The notes under the pieces: generated by a model
Databases searched by the model: none
Seen by the model: the letters and a program-made list of their open reading frames with translations, nothing else
Told to the model about the DNA's origin: nothing
Position numbers and translations under genes: made by a program
Shown here: one piece after another, positions 60,188-64,000 of the stretch
Layout of the letters: every line of letters begins with the position of its first letter
Position numbering within the stretch: position 1 is the stretch's first letter
IMG/VR virus record: IMGVR_UViG_3300046318_000260
Span: 3,862-67,861 of that record
Reading direction: 5' to 3' (one strand)
Origin: a virus
DNA: 64,000 bases

Positions 60188-60765
60188 AAGTCAAATTCAT
60201 TATAATTTTGCAAAGCCTTAGCTGTTTCTTTAGCTTTTATTTCTTTATAAACTGATCTACCATATGCCCATTGTAACTTAGTCGTTGGATCAGCAGCTAT
60301 ATACATTTGCCAGTTCTCAGGATAGGCTTTTGCTACGGCTCTTTTAAATTCCCTACAGGCTACAAAACTCCAGAACTCTCTATTCTTTATTCTGTGCTTT
60401 GGTGCATGATTGGAAAAAAAGATCTTAGCTAGCTTGCCATCTGAGTCCCAATTCTTGTTAGTTACTCTTACACCATATTTTAATGACTTAGAGTAATCAA
60501 CATTTTCTTTTTTACTTTGCTGACATGTTCCAATAAACAGCCAACCAATTTGTTCTGGTAATTGAACCCCATCCCTAGTTTCAATAACTGTCTGATACAC
60601 TGTCTGATTAAACTTCTTAATGATAGTTCTAATCTGTGTTTCATCCATGCTTTTGTACTTAGGGAACTTTTCTTTAAACAGTTTGAAAAACTCTTTATCT
60701 AGAACATTCTTTACTTCCGGTCTAAATCTAGGAGCCTTTACATCTGGTTTTTTAAATTCCTTCAT
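60184..60765 (-). CDS. IHF/HU-like basic DNA-binding protein
   Basis: II..FN......IE..DGV.LP..IG.LFI and F.ACREFKR motifs; crAss-like phages carry an IHF-like gene at the head of the tail module. Confidence 0.55.
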   Translation of the reverse strand: MKEFKKPDVKAPRFRPEVKNVLDKEFFKLFKEKFPKYKSMDETQIRTIIKKFNQTVYQTVIETRDGVQLPEQIGWLFIGTCQQSKKENVDYSKSLKYGVRVTNKNWDSDGKLAKIFFSNHAPKHRIKNREFWSFVACREFKRAVAKAYPENWQMYIAADPTTKLQWAYGRSVYKEIKAKETAKALQNYNEFDL

Positions 60766-60777
60766 ACCATATATATT

Positions 60778-60788
60778 AATATACTAAA
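60778..60788 (-). promoter_or_regulatory. putative late-promoter motif
   Basis: TTTAGTATATT, identical to 27196-27206; lies downstream of a terminator and 13 nt before the ATG. Confidence 0.55.
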
Positions 60789-60814
60789 AATTAATGAGAC
60801 TAGCAAATGTAAGT

Positions 60815-60848
60815 AAAAAACAAAGCCCCTGCAAGTGCAGAGGCTATG
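60815..60848 (-). terminator. intrinsic terminator
   Basis: Minus strand reads AGCCTCTGCA-CT-TGCAGGGGCT followed by TTGTTTTTT. Confidence 0.75.
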
Positions 60849-60887
60849 CCGTTGTTGTCACAGAAACCAACAAACTGTAACTTCTTT

Positions 60888-61526
60888 TTATCCAATAATT
60901 GTTACTCTTACGGTAACTCCTGGATCAATTGGGGTAATGTCTAAGATTACTGAAATATTTCCTGTGGTATTGTTTACTTCAACACTTACTCCTGTTTCAT
61001 TTGTAAGACCAATCCAAACACCATTTAGAAGATACATTATGTTAAATGTAAAATCAGAAACTCTATTGTTTGGATTTCCACATGCATCTGTTAATAAACC
61101 ACAAGCAGCAAGTTCAGCACCTGTGATTGTTAATGTCACATTATCAAAGACTACTCCTGTAAATTCTTTTACAAACTTTTTAACTCCTGTAGCTGTAACT
61201 GTATATTCTGTATTAATACCTACAACAGTTTCAGTAACTTCAATCCCATCACCAGCAACTACTGTACTACTAAATGTAGGTAGACTTGCAATAACTTCAC
61301 AAAAATAACTTACTATATTATCAATAGCTGCCGCCATGTTTGTATCTGTAGGAACTACTAAGTCATCTCCACATGAGATATCACCACTTGTATACATAAT
61401 ACATTGTGCATATTGAATCTCAGCACATTCATCAAAAGGGCATCCTACCGCAGTAGGACATGGAGGAGGTGTAGTTAAGTAACTATCCTCACATCCACAT
61501 TTTGCACATTTATTTTGTAAACTCAT
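60888..61526 (-). CDS. Cys-rich structural protein
   Basis: CAKCGC...C.E...AQCI.Y...DI.C N-terminus and beta-rich C-terminus; start ATG 61526. Confidence 0.6.
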   Translation of the reverse strand: MSLQNKCAKCGCEDSYLTTPPPCPTAVGCPFDECAEIQYAQCIMYTSGDISCGDDLVVPTDTNMAAAIDNIVSYFCEVIASLPTFSSTVVAGDGIEVTETVVGINTEYTVTATGVKKFVKEFTGVVFDNVTLTITGAELAACGLLTDACGNPNNRVSDFTFNIMYLLNGVWIGLTNETGVSVEVNNTTGNISVILDITPIDPGVTVRVTIIG

Positions 61527-61536
61527 CTCTATAATT

Positions 61537-63243
61537 TTATGTAGTTGCACATCCTGTACATGGATCAGTTGGTGTAGGAATTAATGTACCACATGGTGAT
61601 ATAAATGCTGTTAAGCCATTAAGAGAAACTTGGAAACCTCCAATTTCATTTTCATCATTTGCATTGCAAGTGAATGGATACTCATATGCAGTAAAGTCAA
61701 TGTCCACACTTTGAACACCAGAAGTAGGATCACTATAAACTGTTGTACCAGAAGCATCAAAATTAGGAACTTGTTCTGTTTCAGCCACATGAGAAATTAA
61801 ATAATTAATGTGTGCTGAACTATATGCTGTACCGCTTTCACTAATTACTCCTTCTTCAGCATCTTTTACTAGACCTAATCTTAAAATACCATTTGCGTCA
61901 ATTGATATTGAAAATAATGTAGTTAATATTGTACTAGCATCACCAACATCAATTACTCTTTGTGCAATTTTAAATCCAGAAGGATGTGCATATGTACCAT
62001 CAATTGCATAACCAACTGGTAATACACTGGTTGGAATTACACTTAAATTATTATTTGTTGTAGTATCCCAATTAAATGCTAATGAACCATTACTGTTTAA
62101 TTTAACACCACCATCTCCTGTATATGGAGTTACAGTAGTATTACCATAATAAGTATCTACTCCAGGGCTTAAACTCCAAGCTAATGCACCTCCACCACCA
62201 TTTATCAGTGGAACAATTACATTACCTTTAAAATGTAATTGATTACCAATTCTTCTTACTTGTGGATATATGTATGCGTTACCAGTACCCATAAAGGTAT
62301 TAAAGCCTTCTAAACATTTCCAACCACTATCTTGTACAGCAGCTGATAATACACCTGAAGTATAAGTAAGGTTTACAGTAGTAGTATCTTCTACACTTAA
62401 TTCATTGTTTGCTAAATATGTAAATGCATCACATAATGCAAGCCATAAATTTGTAATAGCATCAGCAATTGTTTGTGGATCATTCACCCATGTTTCAGCA
62501 TAAGCAGTTCCCATTGGTGTTCCATATACTAATGAATCTGTAGCAGATGTAATACATTCAGAATTAACAGCTGCAAGAATATCAGCTGGTAAACCTGTTG
62601 CTGTTCTTAAAGCACAATATCCATAAGTATCGTCATTAATTAATGCACTTAACACAGTGTTAATTGGTGTAGCTCCTCCTCCATTACCAATAAGTGGACT
62701 AGCTTGTAATGTGCAGTCTACTAAGATTGATGGTAAAGTAAATGTTGGAGCTGGAGCATTTTCTAAAACAGTAACTCTTGTGTCTATACTGGTTATCTGT
62801 GTTTGTAAGTTTGCAATACTAAGCAATATATTACACACTCTATCAGCAATTGCTGTTACATAATCTACTAATTGCATTGTAGTTTGAGTACCTTGTATAA
62901 AACAAGATGCTACAGATACTACACAATCAGGACAACCAGATGTACCACTAGTAGTATCAGTTGGTGTTATTCCTTCTAATGCACAAATGTGATTAATCAA
63001 GAATTGAATCAATGCTTGAAAATCAACTGGAGGACATGCTGTTGAATTAAAGCATGAAAGATCATAGTTGTTTACATTAAGCTGATCTAAGATTGTACAT
63101 AACTCAGTAGCTAACTTTGCTACAACATCTGATACAGTATCTCCTTTGCATAATTTTATGCATGCTAAGTCCGGTCCTTGCCAAATAACACAGTTACTTG
63201 ATGTTGGGCTACACGGTGAGTTATCTAAATTTAAAGGCTTCAT
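61537..63243 (-). CDS. Cys-rich tail fibre-like structural protein
   Basis: SSNCVIWQGPD..CI.LC.GD N-terminus, a coiled coil (LQTQITSIDTRVTVLE) and a DSGW...RRIGNQL..KG fibre-tip-like motif. Confidence 0.6.
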   Translation of the reverse strand: MKPLNLDNSPCSPTSSNCVIWQGPDLACIKLCKGDTVSDVVAKLATELCTILDQLNVNNYDLSCFNSTACPPVDFQALIQFLINHICALEGITPTDTTSGTSGCPDCVVSVASCFIQGTQTTMQLVDYVTAIADRVCNILLSIANLQTQITSIDTRVTVLENAPAPTFTLPSILVDCTLQASPLIGNGGGATPINTVLSALINDDTYGYCALRTATGLPADILAAVNSECITSATDSLVYGTPMGTAYAETWVNDPQTIADAITNLWLALCDAFTYLANNELSVEDTTTVNLTYTSGVLSAAVQDSGWKCLEGFNTFMGTGNAYIYPQVRRIGNQLHFKGNVIVPLINGGGGALAWSLSPGVDTYYGNTTVTPYTGDGGVKLNSNGSLAFNWDTTTNNNLSVIPTSVLPVGYAIDGTYAHPSGFKIAQRVIDVGDASTILTTLFSISIDANGILRLGLVKDAEEGVISESGTAYSSAHINYLISHVAETEQVPNFDASGTTVYSDPTSGVQSVDIDFTAYEYPFTCNANDENEIGGFQVSLNGLTAFISPCGTLIPTPTDPCTGCATT

Positions 63244-63260
63244 ACTTTTTCTATTAATAT

Positions 63261-63271
63261 AATATACAAAT
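63261..63271 (-). promoter_or_regulatory. putative late-promoter motif
   Basis: ATTTGTATATT (-), 18 nt before the ATG; identical to 7896-7906 (+). Confidence 0.5.
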
Positions 63272-63276
63272 TATAA

Positions 63277-64000
63277 TTAAGAATTGCAAGTTCTAGGACC
63301 ACTACATGAGCAACCACATGATTGACCACATCCGCAGTCACATCCAGAGTTGTTTCCACATCCACATCCCGATGGTGAACATGGGAAATCTGGATTGTAT
63401 AAAGCAGCTAAGTCTATTAATTCTTTTTTAATCAACCAGTACTCATCATTTTCTGGACAGCAATTACTAATTCCATATCTTAATGTAAGTACTTCTCTGT
63501 AAAGGATCTGTGCAGACTTACATGAAATCTCTTCATACTTTTCTGCACTACAAGCTGGTGTATTGTAACCTGGCTTAATTCCTCTCTTAGGATATATTGG
63601 AGCAGGGCATACTCCGTTATTACAGTCTCCAAAGAATTGGTAAAAACTTTGACAAGAGACTGTTGATATTACGGTAGGTGTAACTTCTGGAATGCTTGAG
63701 AAAGGTCTCCAGATTCCTGCTGGACAATCAGATTTTGATGGTGCTAAATAGTACTGAGGATTACCCTGAGTATCATTCATAATCCATTGTGTACCATTGT
63801 AGTAAATATACAGTGTGGTATTATTATACCATGATTGTTTATGGTTAATTAAACTTCCTGAAGCAACTTTAATAACTGAAGTAACACTTGACCCTACCGT
63901 AGTAGTCTGTACTAAACAATTACATCCTTCTGGCTCTAACCATTTAATCAAACAAATCTTAGGGCTTGTTTCTCCTGGTTGTACAGTTACTGATTGAGTA
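63277..64000 (-). CDS. Cys-rich structural protein, 5'-truncated by the window edge
   Basis: Frame stays open to the window end; RYGISNCC motif and a CGC-repeat C-terminus. Confidence 0.65.
   Translation of the reverse strand, partial: TQSVTVQPGETSPKICLIKWLEPEGCNCLVQTTTVGSSVTSVIKVASGSLINHKQSWYNNTTLYIYYNGTQWIMNDTQGNPQYYLAPSKSDCPAGIWRPFSSIPEVTPTVISTVSCQSFYQFFGDCNNGVCPAPIYPKRGIKPGYNTPACSAEKYEEISCKSAQILYREVLTLRYGISNCCPENDEYWLIKKELIDLAALYNPDFPCSPSGCGCGNNSGCDCGCGQSCGCSCSGPRTCNS

Noticed and set aside
22082-63997. Numerous short + strand ORFs inside the - strand virion genes (and - strand ORFs inside + strand genes before 21 kb)
   Set aside because: They are antisense shadows of long coding frames: Ser/Leu/Phe-rich and without recognisable motifs
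1-64000. Stop-codon reassignment (TAG or TGA), as in some crAss-like phages
   Set aside because: Genes up to 9.6 kb are intact in the standard code, and TAG/TGA end genes at tight junctions (e.g. 7105, 7877, 15370, 1515)
1-64000. CRISPR array, tRNA or rRNA genes, integrase, DGR reverse transcriptase
   Set aside because: Intergenic gaps are under ~100 nt with no repeat-spacer arrays or cloverleaf patterns seen, and no integrase or RT motifs appear in the ORFs

Overview
This is a 64 kb segment of a large, AT-rich lytic dsDNA phage genome with crAss-like (Crassvirales-type) organisation, most likely infecting a Bacteroidota host (TAnnTTTG promoter boxes, A-rich ribosome-binding regions with no obvious Shine-Dalgarno sequence). 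It is read in the standard genetic code. The + strand (1-21.1 kb) carries the replication and recombination block: NinB-like, UDG, DnaB, Sak4-like ATPase, SSB, primase, GIY-YIG, a DUF6878/DUF6915-like pair, an HNH endonuclease, a metallopeptidase-VWA plus MoxR pair, a PD-(D/E)XK exonuclease, PolB, DUF932-like, MazG-like, a 2OG-Fe(II) oxygenase and a thioesterase. The - strand (21.1-64 kb) carries the virion block: a 1951 aa zincin+LysM protein, a ~3200 aa virion RNA polymerase with a zincin motif, cargo/ejection proteins, tail muzzle and ring proteins, an IHF-like protein and Cys-rich structural proteins. The two blocks converge on one hairpin terminator. Most notable: (1) three adjacent cargo proteins segmented by about 25 [MYFAK]-x-x-G-G motifs and sharing terminal motifs, suggesting a processed polyprotein cargo system; (2) a shared putative late-promoter motif, with a palindrome at identical spacing before two cargo genes; (3) an HNH cassette flanked by a duplicated gene 3' end; (4) overlapping divergent host-type promoters; (5) strong CpG depletion. 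All calls come from reading motifs by eye; no database searches were run.
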